From Callorhinchus milii (Eukaryota), in the NCBI RefSeq assembly GCF_018977255.1, contig NW_024704749.1, positions 19,034,001 to 19,098,000 on the forward strand: 64,000 bases of DNA. Reading direction: 5' to 3'. The notes below the pieces were generated by a model. It ran no database searches. It worked only from the letters and a program-made list of their open reading frames with translations, and was not told the DNA's origin. Of the stretch, positions 1-12,068 are shown piece by piece (position 1 is the first letter of the stretch; the number at the start of each line of letters is the position of its first letter). The translations under genes and the position numbers were made by a program.

Positions 1-631
1 CGTCTCTGTGATGTGATAAGGTGCTATTTCACATGCAAGGATTGTTATTAGTATCATCTTTACCCCCTTAACTTTCCTCATCTTTTCTTCCTCCATAGGT
101 TCTTTACCTAAATGGACTTTACCTTAGCACTTTACTTTAGCACTTTATCTAAATGGCCATTCTTTATGAACCTGCCTAATGCCATGTGTTTTGAAGCGAG
201 CATTCCCACCCACCTCTGGTTCAAGAGATCGCGGAAGGTGTGGGAGTGGGGGGATGGATGGAGGTGAGGGAGGGGGAGATTGAAGGGGAGAAGTGGGGAG
301 GGAAAAGGTTGATTGAGGGAGGAGGGATGCAAGGAGTGAGGGGTGGAAGTGGTTGAGAGAGTGGGGTGGGGGTTGGAAGGGGTGAGGGAGGGGGGGGGGA
401 ATTGAAGAGGGGAGGGATGGAAGGGGAGAGGGAGGGAAGGAGGGGGAGGGAAGGGGTTACTAAAGGGCACTTGGATGTGGGATGGTGGTTGGAATAAAAG
501 TGGTGGAGCCAGTTGCACTGCTGATGCGGAAGTTTGAGAGTATGCATTTAAGTGTGAGTGAGTGAGTGAGTGAGTGAGCTCGGGTTACCTGATAGCAGGT
601 GAGGCACTGGACAGCAACACTCAACGCTCAG

Positions 632-656
632 ATGGCTCTCGATTTACAGAACCCAA
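632..656 (+). CDS. TOR1AIP-like gene, putative coding exon 1 (MALDLQNP)
   Basis: ATG at 632, consensus donor A|gtaagt at 657; phase 1 matches the acceptor at 1686. Confidence 0.55.
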
Positions 657-1686
657 GTAAGTAAATCTCATTTCAAAATGCCTGGGATTTCGTCTCGGTG
701 AGAGATACGTTCTTGAAGCGATGGGAGTCGCTGGTGGGATGTAGGGCAGGAATATTGTACTCTATTTCCTAATTGCTATACAGGAATGTTAGTACTGTGT
801 CCTTCACTGACTTAGGACTATAAAACACCCCTTTCCTCTCAAGGCGTTTATGTTTAAGGTGATTCCTAAATTAGAAATTCCACCTGGGTTCAGATTAACT
901 CTCCTTTTTTCTTGTTGGCATTTCAAGGAGTTTTCACTGGCAAACTGTTAAATTTAGTCTTAATTCTGAAGCTCCCCCCACCCTCCCCGCAAATAATAAT
1001 CTTACATTTGATAAAGCGCCTTTCGCATTGCGGGGATGTCTTGCAAACTTCCCACTGTTTGACCCACCCTACCCATCAGGGCTTTGTTTTTTTGTTTAAG
1101 GGTTAACAGGAGATTTATGGGAATAATAATAATAATCCTTGCATTTGATATAGCGCCTTATCATGTCTAAGAGACGTTTCAAAGCGCTTCACAGCATATA
1201 CTGTAGAGTGAATTGACTGCCTATTTTGTGGGCAAAACCCGGCAGCCAATTGCACACAGCAGTGACCCACAAACAGTGGTGGATTGAGTGACCAAATTAT
1301 TATTATTTCTGAAGGGATTATTACCCCCAGAAAAGCGATCCGATAAATAACCAGGTTCCTGCATGCTGCTAAGTAAACAGAGGTGTGTGGAGTAAGGAAA
1401 TTTGCCGAACGTTTCTCCCTGCCCGGTAATCCTAATCGCTGCGTATTTTTATGGGTAAACACAGTAGCCAATTATACACACAGCAATGTCGCGCAAACAG
1501 CCGTGAATTTTAATAACCAATTTTATTTGGGGGTTTGTTGGCCAGAACCCCAGGAAAGAAACTCGCTTCTTTTTTTGAATCGTGTCATGAGATCGTTAAA
1601 GTCCACCCCTGGCAATTCAGCAACCCCCCCCCAAAACCTATATGAGTATCAGCTTTGACTGTAATGATGGCGTATGTTTGGTACAG

Positions 1687-2513
1687 GGCAAGAGTTACCA
1701 GGCAATCAGACGGCAGAGGCGACAGACGGCTCCTTCAGCTCCGAGAGCAACTCCTGCAGACGTGGGCTGGATGCGGGCGGCTCTGACCCCGTCCCTACTC
1801 CCCCCTCCCCGGACGCAGGCTCGCCGCGGCACGAGGACTCTGATTATCTGCCCTCCCTCAAGCTGGCCTGCGTCCTGGCCTGTGTCTTCCTCTCCGTCAC
1901 TTTCCTGCTGGTTTCCAGCGGCACCAACAACACCATTAGCCGCTCGAGCCACGCCAACGCCAGCAAACAGAGGCTGTTTGGTCACAAACTCAACCGACTG
2001 AAGCTGTTGTTCCCATCGCAGTCTGACTCTCTCTGGGCGGAGCTAGAAAGTGCTCTGAATCGGCGTCTCCGGGACCAGGGGGATACCCTGCGAGCCCCCC
2101 TGATCGGAGTGGGAATGCGAGACGCCTGGAATACAATGCTCTGTCTGTCCAGGAACATTGTCGGCTTGTTACTGGGTGGCGGCAATGGGCTGACTCCCAA
2201 TATCACCAGTAAGGTGCTGCCTTACAGCAGCTCGGCTGTGGGGGTCAGGTCTCAGGGTATCGCTGTGGCTGTGATAGCAGAGAGTGCAGCAAAGCAGGGT
2301 TACTCAGTGCTGCTGGGGTCCCAGCCTCCTGCCCTCGTTGCCGTCCTGCCAGCCAGCATGGAGCAGGCAGAAGAGATCTTGCTCCATAACCTGACCTTGA
2401 GCGTTCTGACTGAGGTCCTGGGGCACATGAACCTATCTGGGCTGGCAGTGCTGCCAGCATCCCTCCTGGCTGTGAGAGCTGAGGACTATCTGGAGAGCGG
2501 ATTCGTTTGCTGA
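1687..2513 (+). CDS. Torsin-1A-interacting protein (LAP1/LULL1)-like type II membrane protein, main/last exon
   Basis: Ser/Pro/acidic N-terminal region, one TM segment (LACVLACVFLSVTFLLV), then LAP1C-like motifs LKLLFPSQSDSLW and TMLCLSRNIV, and C-terminal AVRAEDYLESGFVC*; acceptor cag at 1684-1686. Confidence 0.75.
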
Positions 2514-4686
2514 GGCCAAGCTATATTTAGGTGTTTTGTTTCTTGGGTAATGTGATGAGCAATAGTGGAAGTTCATCTACGCAAAACCACATGTTGACCA
2601 TTTGTCTGTGTGATCAGGGCTCCCTCTGTCTCCTTGTCCTCCCATTTTTCTGCTGTTTCTGACACTGTTGACTAGATCAGAACGCCTCTTGTCATTCCAC
2701 CTCCCCAGGACCACACTCTTCCAATTCCAGTCCTACCTGATCCATCGTCTCCACTTTGCCTCCTCCAGTACTCTCTCCCCCCCGCCACACCCCCACCAGA
2801 CCTCTAGCCTCCCTCAGCCCTCTCTCCTCTTCCTCACCCACACAAACCCTACTTGGCGACATTATCTGCACACACAGGGTTAACTGACACCCAAATCTTC
2901 TCCACTTCTAATTTGGATTCCAAGTCTTCTGATGTTCTGTCAGACATGAAGGCCTGGCTGAGCCTCAAATTCTTACAGCTTAATGTGAACAAGACCGAAA
3001 CCCACCTATAAACCTGTACCTCTTTGACCTTGTTGACAGTTCCCTCCTTAGGTAGCACATTGTTATTGGAGGCGAATGTGGCATCTAATCGGCGCAAAGG
3101 ATCAACCCCACCCCTACACATACCCCACACCTCCCACCCCCCACTCCCCCACCACCAGAGTGAGTGAAATTAAAACTGCAAACCGGTTTTGTATAGCATT
3201 CTTCACATGAGTAGCGTCTCAGAAGAATCGAGCCATTCTCTGCTGCTCCATTGCTCCGGATGTCCTTTTGCATTCCCTGCATTGAGCCAACCCATTGCAT
3301 CCCTTTCTGCTCCCGATGATTAGTCACGTTCATAACAAAAGATATTTTGTTTTGGTTTCATGTGAAAGTATTGAACATTATGTGAGGAGTCACAAGAAAA
3401 TATGTTGAACTCAAATATAAATCTTTTATATAATAAACAATTTGTGACTCATTCTTGTCCGGATATACAAGGGATAGTGGACGGGCGCTCTTTCAAATGC
3501 AAGGATTATTATTATAAGGGAGGAGGCAGATAAGAAGCCTAAAATCAGCCTGTGTCTTAATATTTAAGGACAGAATTGTGGGAAATAATAATTAAAATCA
3601 TAATAATCCTCACATTTGGAATAGCTCCTCACAGGATATACTGTAAAGTGCAGTGGCGGATTTTGTGGGCAATGCGGCAACTAATTTGCACACAGCAATG
3701 CTCCTCCACACACAACCATGAAGTGGATGGTTTGAAATAAAAACAGAAGTCGCTGAGTTAACGTTTCCTATGAAAGGTCATCGACCTGAAACGTTAATTC
3801 AGTTTCCTCTCTCCATAGATGTTGCCTGACCTGCTGAGTGTTCCCAGACAAGTCTGATTTTTATTCCAGATTTCCAGCATCTGCAGTATTTTGCCTTTTG
3901 CCTTTTAGTGAATGATTATATTTGGGGAGGGAATGTCAGCCAGGATCCTGGGAGAAACTCTTTTCTCGTTTCAAATCGTGCCGGGGGATCTTTAATACTG
4001 CCAGGAATACCACCGAACAACACAAAACAACACCTTGGTTTAACGTCTGGTCCGAAGAATATTTTACGGAAAAAGGCTTCCAGGTTGAGACTGGACTTAA
4101 GAGTTGGACGGTGTTCGAAATCTTAAAATGGTCCCGCAGGCTCGGACCAGGTGGAATTTTGGGACCTTTTGTATTTGGAAATGGATGTTGTACAGGCTGA
4201 GCCGTTCTCTCCCTGACCCTCTCCGCCTGTTGCGAGGGGCAGATGGGGTTCAGGCCACTGGAGAAGGTAATTAGCTGTGGGAGCAGATTAAACAGTGAGT
4301 GTCTCTGTGTGTAATCTCTGCCCAGGGATTATCGACACAGACGCCTCCCCGCACCCCCCACCCCCCCCCACACACACTCTGCCCTGGTACTCAACCCTGT
4401 CCCCCCACCCCGACCAGAGCCCAGCCCCCTCCCCACCCCACCCATCACTGGACCTGGTGATTAATGTTCTTTTGATATCCTAACAATGAGGCTGTGAAAT
4501 GAACAGGTTTACGTTCTCCGTTGCTGGAGTGTTAACGCTTCTCGAATTGAACAGATGGCTGTCTGATCGCAGTGAGTGACAGCTGCTTGTCAGTGTGTCC
4601 GGGAAGAGGGATTAACGCAGGACAGGGAGGCCGTCAGTCAGTCATTCACAGGCAGAACATAACTGGCCTCGTTCTGCAGTGCAAGA

Positions 4687-4692
4687 ATGAGG
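4687..4692 (+). CDS. Laminin exon 1 (start, MR)
   Basis: ATG AGG|gtaagt; phase 0 joins 5262 to give the signal peptide MRRLWAPAGGCCVLCAQLCLAVLGAEG. Confidence 0.65.
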
Positions 4693-5261
4693 GTAAGTGT
4701 AAATTACTCACAAGTTACTGTGATGTACATTGGTGTGTGCTGTCACCGACCTGGGAGTGTGGACGGATAGTGTAAGAGGGAGCTTTACTCTGAATCTAAC
4801 CAACGAGTCCCGTAATTCCCCTTTAGCCAGTTTAGCAGTCGTCTTCTCTTTAAAAATCGAGGTAAAAGGCTTTCAAGATCCACCACGTTAAGATGCCCCC
4901 GTGGAAGGGCGCTCTATAAATGCAAGTCACTGATTAAGAATAAAATGATGATAATAATAATAATCCTTGCATTTGATACAGCGCCTCATCAGGTTTTCGA
5001 GACGTCTCAAAGGGCTTCGCAGAATATACCGTAAAGTGAATTGACTGTGTGTTTTTGTGGGCAAAGAATGTTGCACAATTCTGCGTTCTCTTAATTTTGG
5101 GGACCGGGAGGGTACGGAGGGCAGGGACAGGGTGGAATTTCAGATCTCAGCGCCTTGGGACGTGCTCCCGATGCGAAAGGTGCTCTAACAAATCGCCGTT
5201 TATTGTTCCGGTTGTTATCTCCTCGTAATCGGACTTTTGTTTGTGTCCTGCGTCTTTGCAG

Positions 5262-5957
5262 AGGCTCTGGGCTCCCGCTGGTGGCTGCTGCGTGCTGTGC
5301 GCCCAGCTGTGCCTGGCCGTGCTTGGTGCGGAGGGCACGGCGGCGGTGGGCGAGCGGAGCGGGGGCGCCTGCGGGGCCGGGCGGGCCTGCCACCCCACCT
5401 TCGAGGACCTGCTGCAGGAGCTGGAGTCCTTCCCGCGGCACCGCGGCGTCTCGGCCAACTCCACGTGCGGCCGGGAGCCCGAGCGGTACCGGAGGGGCGA
5501 GGAGCAGACGGAGACGTGCGACGCTTCGCGCCCTGACCTGCGCCATCCGCTCTCCTCCATCTGCGACGGCCTCAGTCGGAGGAGCGGTGCGGTCAGCCTG
5601 GGGGGCAGCTCGCTGGCTCTCGCCCACTCCTACCCTGACCTGGGCAGCTGGTGGCAGTCGGAGAGGGGCGTGTCGCCCGTCCACGTCCAACTCAGTCTAA
5701 CCCACCGCTTCCTGTTTGCCAGGACCGAGCTGGCCTTTGTCAGCCAGCGGCCCGACAGCCTGGTGCTGGAGGCCAGCGCCGACCAGGGCCACAGCTGGAA
5801 GGTCTGGCAGTACCTTGCTCATGACTGCTCGCTCTCCTTCCCCCACATCCCCACCCAGCCTGATCCCAGCCACTGGGACCCCACCGTGCCCCACTGCGAC
5901 CAGAGTTATTTTGCTCGGGAGACGTCTCTGCAGGGATCTCACTTACAATACCAGAGG
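5262..5957 (+). CDS. Laminin exon 2: signal peptide and most of a beta-type LN domain
   Basis: CGAGRACHP..DLL, SANSTCG, WWQSERGV.PV.VQL.L, RPDSLVLEASADQG.SWKVWQYLAHDC..SFP; acceptor ttgcag, donor gtaatg. Confidence 0.92.
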
Positions 5958-5967
5958 GTAATGTCCG

Positions 5968-6500
5968 CAACCGGGTGTCTGGCACGCGCGGAAACCCATC
6001 ACCGTCACCGGGCTCAAGAGTCTCCCCAATCAAACAGAGCTCCTTGTGTTCCAGCTACGTGTGGGGATTCCTGTGCACTGGAATGGAATGCGCATCCTCT
6101 CCCTGGAGAGACATGTCCTGCTTACCTAATTCCATAAGAGTATTAAGCACAGGCTGGCAAGGGCCAAGACTTGGGGACCATAGAGTGCGTGTTGGGGTAA
6201 CTGCTGGACGCTAACCAGCTAAAACAGTCATAGATCACCATCAATAGCACTGTCTGGTGGTTGTCCAGCTAGGAACACCCTACCTGTTAGGGATTTTACT
6301 TGAAGTGGTAACAGATGGTGAATGGGAAGAGTCTCTGCCCTGATTGACTGGTGAACTCTTCCAAATCCTACCAATGAACCAAGACCAGCTGCAGTGTCCT
6401 CAGCAGTGCCCTGGAGTACTGTGGACCCACCTGCCTCAGGCACTGGACTAGAGACCAGCTCAGAGGGTGGACTCGATCCTGATATTCCACTTCCATGAAT
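5968..6500 (+). mobile_element. Unclassified dispersed repeat (~500 bp)
   Basis: Shared motifs ccgggtgtctg..gaaacccatcacc, ggaatggaatgcgca and ggggtaactgctgga..ccagctaaaac recur near 10500-10810(-), 17155-17400, 25625-25920, 30660-31060 and 45650-46110(-). Confidence 0.7.
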
Positions 6501-7034
6501 ATCACTTTGGAGCTAGTTCAACCCTGAGGAGATCCTGCTTACCCCCCCCCCCTGCCCCACCCACCAAAAGCCTTCCCCGGGAGGGGACATTCCTCCGACG
6601 TGAAAGGCGCTATGCAAATGTAATTCTGTTGCTGTGGTCACAAATGGTCATTTGCAGGTTTGAGCCCTCACTGGGTGGACGGCAGGAACTTCCTGCGAGC
6701 TTCCAGAGGGTGAAAGATGTCATTGTGTTTCAGGGCAATGCCACGAGCTCTGCCTGCAGTTTCACTCTGCCTGAAGTGTAGTTTCGCTTCGCCTGTAGCA
6801 TCGCTCCACCTATAGTCCCGCACTGCCTGCATGCTCGCTCCCCCCTGAAATCCTGCCCCGCCTGTAGCCTCTCTCCGCCTGTAGTCTGGCCCTGCATGTA
6901 CTTGGTGCTTGGACCTGCCATTGCTGTGGCCTAGCTGCACGGAGTGTGTGTGTGTGTGTGTGTGTGGGTGTGTGTGTGTGTGGGTGTGTGGCTGGGGGTC
7001 TCAGGCTGATGCTCTCTGTCTCCTCACCGTCCAG

Positions 7035-7241
7035 GTGTTCTATAATGCAGCAGCCCGGCTGGGCGGGGCGTACCTGCGGAACGAGACGCTGTACCGGCAT
7101 TTCATCTTCACCGACTTGAGAATCACCTTCACCGGCTTCGGGGGCCGGGCTGCCGAGCTGCAGGATTACTACGCCGTGGCTGACTGGTCCGTCACCGGCC
7201 AGTGTGCCTGCTTCGGTCACTCCCACACGTGCAGCGGTCAA
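7035..7241 (+). CDS. Laminin exon 3: end of LN, start of LE1
   Basis: TDLRITFT...YYAVADWSVTGQCACFGH; ccag acceptor, gtcagt donor. Confidence 0.92.
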
Positions 7242-7263
7242 GTCAGTTATCCTCTACATCCCA

Positions 7264-7530
7264 CTCGCTGTCTCTGTCGCCCCTCACTGTGCGTCTGTGG
7301 CCCCTCACTGTCTCTGTAACCCCTCAATGTCTCTGTAGCCTCTCACTGTGCGTCTGTGGCCCCTCGCTGTCTCTGTCGCCCCTCACTGTGTGTCTGTAAC
7401 CCCTCACTGTCGCCCCTCACTGTGCGTCTGTGGCCCCTCGCTGTCTCTGTCGCCCCTCACTGTGCGTCTGTGGCCCCTCGCTGTCTCTGTCGCCCCTCAC
7501 TGTGCGTCTGTGGCCCCTCTCTGTCTCTGT
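7264..7530. repeat. ~40-bp minisatellite
   Basis: Tandem ctcgctgtctctgtcgcccctcactgtgcgtctgtggccc units. Confidence 0.9.
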
Positions 7531-7714
7531 CTGCCTGCCTACAGCTTCCTCCCTCTCTCGCCGGATTGCACCTTCAACCACCTTGCTCTCCCACCCGGCT
7601 CGGGCTCCCACTTCATCTCTGTGACCCGCTTCGAGATGCCCTCCGACATGAAAGTAGAATGCAGTGTAAGTAGAAGATGTTGTTGTTGTTGTTGGTGGTG
7701 GTGATAATTCATTT

Positions 7715-7751
<37 letters not shown>

Positions 7752-7765
7752 CTGCTGCTCCTCAG

Positions 7766-7886
7766 AACAAAGCGGAGTGTGAGTGTGAGCACGGCACGAC
7801 CGGAGCCCACTGCCAGCACTGCTTGCCCCTCCTCAACCAGCAGCCGTGGGCAATGGCGATGCCAGGCAACGGGAGTGTTTGTCAGG
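7766..7886 (+). CDS. Laminin exon 4: LE1
   Basis: CECEHGTTGAHCQHCLPLLNQQPW..CQ; ctcag / gtgagt. Confidence 0.9.
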
Positions 7887-7972
7887 GTGAGTAATGCTGT
7901 AACAGAGAGAGAGAGAGAGAGAGCGAGCAGCCGCCCTCAGTAACGAGTACACAACAGGGTAAAGGCGGTCTG

Positions 7973-8012
<40 letters not shown>

Positions 8013-8352
8013 CCTTGCATTTGATATAGCGCCTTGTCACGTCTTCGAGACGTCACAAAGCGTTTCACAGCATATACTGTAAAGTGAATTTTGTGGGCGA
8101 AACGCGGTAGCTAATTGCGCCCAACAGTGTCCCACGAACCGTCGTGACTCGAGTGACCAAATTATTATGAATCATTTTTTTTAAAAGTCGAGCGGGACTT
8201 TAGCTGTTGGTTTGAAAACCTTATGACGAATGCTAGGAATGGGCGAGGGGTTGGGTTGGGTAGGGAAAGGGTGGGTTGGGTTAGATGAGGGGGTTGTTTT
8301 GACGGGTATTGTGAGTGCGAGTGCTCTATCAGTCTGGCTGTGAAAGTCCTGT

Positions 8353-8674
8353 GGAGTCCTGTAGCTCAGTGGTTAGAGCACTCGCTTTGCAAGTGAGAGA
8401 CCTGAGTTCAATTCCAGGCAGAGGGCGAAACCTTGGGCAAGTTTCCTTACTCCACACAGAGCCTAATAATAATCCCTCCAAAAACCCCAAACAATAATAA
8501 ATTGGTCATTTTCAATCCACGACTGTTTGTGGGACATTGCTGTGCGCCATTGGCTGCCGCGTTCGCCCACAAATATACAGTCAATTCACTTTACAGTGTG
8601 TTCTGTGAAGCGCTTTGGGACGTCCTCCCGACATGAAAAGCGCTATATCAAATGCAAGGATTATTATTATTATT
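8353..8674 (+). mobile_element. Near full-length tRNA-derived SINE with Deu-like core and (TTA)n tail
   Basis: tRNA-like head with A/B boxes (tagctcagtgg..gttcaattcc), core gtttgtgggacattgctgtgcgc..ttggctgccgcg, tail gcgctatatcaaatgcaaggattattatt. Confidence 0.85.
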
Positions 8675-8744
8675 AAAGGCTGACGGTGACTGTTTGCTGA
8701 CTTGCTGGCTGTGTTGTTACGAGAGGGTGGATCGTGTGTTACAG

Positions 8745-8900
8745 ACTGTGGCTGTGCCGGCCGGGCTCTCAGCTGTTACTTCGATGCGGTGAAAGGTTTC
8801 GGCGTCTGTGAGAACTGCAGTGAGAACACCACAGGCGAGAAATGCCACCTGTGCCGTCCGTCTTACTACAGCGACCCCGACAACACCTCACGCTGCACAG
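8745..8900 (+). CDS. Laminin exon 5: LE2
   Basis: CGCAGRALSCYFD..GVCENCSENTTGEKCHLC; acag / gtaatc. Confidence 0.9.
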
Positions 8901-9180
8901 GTAATCTCTCACACAGGTAACCTCCAACACAGGTAACCTCCAACACAGGTAACCTCCAACGCAGGTAACCTCCAACACAGGTAACCTCTCACACAGGTAA
9001 CCTCCAACACAGGTAACCTCCAACGCAGGTAATCTCCAACGCAGGTAATCTCTTACACAGGTAACCTCCAACACAGGTAACCTCCAACACAGGTAACCTC
9101 TCACACAGGTAACCTCCAATGCAGGTAACCTCCAACACAGGTAACCTCCAACACAGGTAACCTCTCACACAGGTAACCTC
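8896..9180. repeat. 16-bp minisatellite starting at a splice donor
   Basis: Tandem acaggtaacctccaac units. Confidence 0.92.
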
Positions 9181-9259
9181 TGTACATGTAATCTCAGCAC
9201 CCAGGTGACCTTTCTGATCTCTCCTTTTTCTCTCTCTCTCTCTCTTTCTCTGTGCCCAG

Positions 9260-9415
9260 CGTGTAACTGCGCAGGGGCCGGAGTTGTTGACGATGGCGTG
9301 TGCCATAACGTGACTGGGCAGTGCCACTGCAAGGCCTCTGTGCGTGGCAGGCGATGTGTTGAGTGTAAGGATGGATTCTGGGACCTCAGCGCCCGCAACC
9401 CAGATGGATGCCAAG
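9260..9415 (+). CDS. Laminin exon 6: LE3
   Basis: CNC..G..C..VTGQCHCKASVRGRRCVECKDGFWDLSARNPDGCQ. Confidence 0.92.
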
Positions 9416-9460
9416 GTAGGTGGGAGTCCCTGATACACCTGTCAAGACCTTGCACAGCTG

Positions 9461-9491
<31 letters not shown>

Positions 9492-9664
9492 CATAAAATA
9501 ATAATCCCCCAAATATTTTAAAATAATAATCATCATCTGCTGTGCGCAATTGGCTGCCGCGTTTCGCCCACAAAAACACACAGTATTTTGTGGGCCATCG
9601 GTATCATTATTATCGTTGTCCTTAACAATGATAAGGTAGAATTTTGTGTGTGATTCTTTCCCAG

Positions 9665-9774
9665 GATGTCGCTGCACCGAGGCGGGCACACTGCCAGGAA
9701 GCTACTGTGACAAAGTGACCGGACAGTGTCAGTGTAAGGCTAGTGTGCAAGGCCGCCAGTGCAGCCAGTGTAAG
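9665..9774 (+). CDS. Laminin exon 7: LE4
   Basis: CRCTEAGTLPGSYCDKVTGQCQCKASVQGRQCSQCK|gtgagt. Confidence 0.92.
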
Positions 9775-10147
9775 GTGAGTGTGTCGAGAGGTGGGCTGGG
9801 GAGGTGGGAGTGGAGCGGGATGATGGATATCAGTTCCACCGTCAGCGACTGTGCTTTCAACCACTACACCCCGAAACTCTGGAACTCTCTCCCTCGATCC
9901 CTCCGCCTTGCCCCCTCCTTCCCCATTTTCAGATCACGCTTCAAGACCTTCCACTTGGTCCGTGCTTACGATCACCTCCCCTCCTCAGCCCCTCCGACTC
10001 GGTGTCGTGCTCCGCCACTGTTAAGCGCCCTGAGACACTGCCCTGTGTGAGGGGAGATATACACAAATGCAAGTTGTTGTCATTGTTGTCGTACGAGGGG
10101 ACCTCTCCAATCAGGCTGCGTTTGAGCCGGTCGTGATGTTGTTACAG

Positions 10148-10388
10148 CCTGGAACCTGGAATCTATCTGCCGAGAGTGAGAGTGGGTGTGATGTATGTGA
10201 CTGTGACCTCGGGGGTGCGCACACACACCTGTGCTCAGCAGACACAGGCCAGTGTTCGTGCCGAGGCAACATTCAAGGGCGTCGATGCGATGCCCCACGG
10301 CCTATGTTCTTCATTCCCAGCCTGGACAGTCTGCACGCTAAGGCCGAGATCTTGACTGCTGATGCCAGCAAGGTTATTCACATTGCAG
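10148..10388 (+). CDS. Laminin exon 8: end of LE4, truncated LE5, start of LF (beta domain IV)
   Basis: CDCDLGGA...CSADTGQCSCRGNIQGRRC..P.FF.PSLD.L..KAE, the typical beta-chain LE5/LF junction; G|gtaagt. Confidence 0.92.
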
Positions 10389-10903
10389 GTAAGTGTCTGT
10401 AACTCTGGACCTGACTATCGTCCTGGGGAGGAGGGGTGGGTGGTGGGGCGGGGGGGGGGGGGGTGTTGGGTGGGAGGCAAGCGGGGACTCTTTGGCGCTG
10501 AACTGGCTCCAAGGTGACATGTTTTGCCACAGAATGTCAGGGTCAAGCCAACTCTCCGTGGAATCTCGCTAGTCCAGTTCCTGAGCCAGGTGGGCGCGCA
10601 GTATTCCAGGGCACTGCCAATGGTAGACTTCAGCAGTTACCCCCAACGCACACTCTGGAGTCCCCAAGCCTTGGAGTCGAGCCAACCTGAACCTAATACT
10701 TTCCGGAATTAGGTAAGCAGGATGCATCCCTCCAGCGGGAGAGAGCGAGAGAGAGAGAAAGTCTGCATTCCATTCCAATAAACGTCTCTGGAAATTTCAT
10801 GTGTCGGCGGGATGCATGGAATTCTCAGTTTGTGCCAGGCTGACATGATTGATGTGACTTCAAATCAACACTGTTGACAAGGACCCTCTTTCTTTCATTC
10901 CAG

Positions 10904-11025
10904 ATCCTATGGGATTGGCTTTGCACTCCGGCTCTGGAGTCCTGGAACTGGGAGAGAATGACGTAGTGAGAGCCAATCTCTCCGTGCCTCGGAGTCAGCA
11001 TTACCACATCATTGCTCGCTACTTG
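10904..11025 (+). CDS. Laminin exon 9: LF domain
   Basis: SGSGVLELGENDVVRANLSVPRSQHYHIIARY resembles beta LF; phases fit. Confidence 0.85.
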
Positions 11026-11459
11026 GTAAAGGCCATCAGCAGCCTGGGCTTCCTTCTAACAGCAGCGAACTCCATAACAACAATAACAATAGCAACAACA
11101 ACAACAATAATAACAACAATAATTAATAGTAACAATAATAAAATAACTTGGTCACTCAATCCACATCTATTTGTGGGACATTGCTGTGTGCAATTGACTG
11201 CCGTATTTATCCCACAAAATACACAGTTGATCCATTTTATAATATAATGCGTGTAGAATGGTTTGGAAGAGCCACGCGACTTTGAATCTAAAGTTCCCAA
11301 AGCTTTCCACTCCGATGGAGACTAATCCGTACAGAATTAATTGCTATCAACATCTCCATTATAGTAGCAGGCGACTAGTAGGATAGTAGAAGGCCGACAA
11401 GATGGATCAAGATCATTTTTGGTCTAGCAATTCCTATGTTCCTATGTTCTCTTTGGCAG

Positions 11460-11610
11460 AGCTCAAGCGCCTCGGGATTGGGAACACTGCGGATCAAAGG
11501 GCCGGACCTCATGGCTGGGTCGTGCCGCTCAAAGCCGGAACAGGAGACGGGAACAGCTGACGCTGTGACCACCTTGTACGCTCGTTTAGAGCAGAGTTTG
11601 AACCCATCAG
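11460..11610 (+). CDS. Laminin exon 10: LF domain
   Basis: ggcag acceptor, G|gtcagt donor; open frame with one Cys (GSCR). Confidence 0.8.
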
Positions 11611-12068
11611 GTCAGTCAGCCCTGTGTGTGGGCACAGTGAATGGACATGTGCACAAGGGTGCCCTCAAATTCGCGGGAATTTCTGTGTGTGGGTGGCACG
11701 CGTATGTGTAACTCTCAGTTCGGTTTGGACACTCTTAAGCGCAGTGATGGGTTTCCGCATGTGTCACACACCCGGCTGATCATAAGAAGTCCTAATCCCT
11801 CTTTTCTTGGACGCTCTAATCCCCTTCCTTCCTCGTATTCATGTCTCATTTGTGAAGTGCGCTATATAAATGCAAGTTGTTCTTGTTGTTGTTGTTGTAA
11901 TCTGAAACACATGCCTTTGTTTCCTCAAAACAGCCACAAACAGAAGTTCCCCAGCGTTTATCCTCTCAACCTCGCTTTGGGGTCTTAAACACCCCCATCG
12001 TGTCAACCCTCAACCTGCTCGGCTCAGATGGAAAGTGTCCTGACCTCAGTTACTCTCCTGTTTTACAG

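Noticed and set aside
132-547. Pro-rich minus-strand ORFs at the window start
   Set aside because: Translation of a purine-rich low-complexity tract
5091-5700. Overlapping antisense and alternative-frame ORFs over laminin exon 2 (also over 28012-28535)
   Set aside because: Explained by high GC content and codon bias of the real exons
8353-8430. tRNA-like sequences here and near 12531, 14505, 19830, 20890 and 39235
   Set aside because: They are SINE heads continuing into a shared core and tail, not stand-alone tRNA genes
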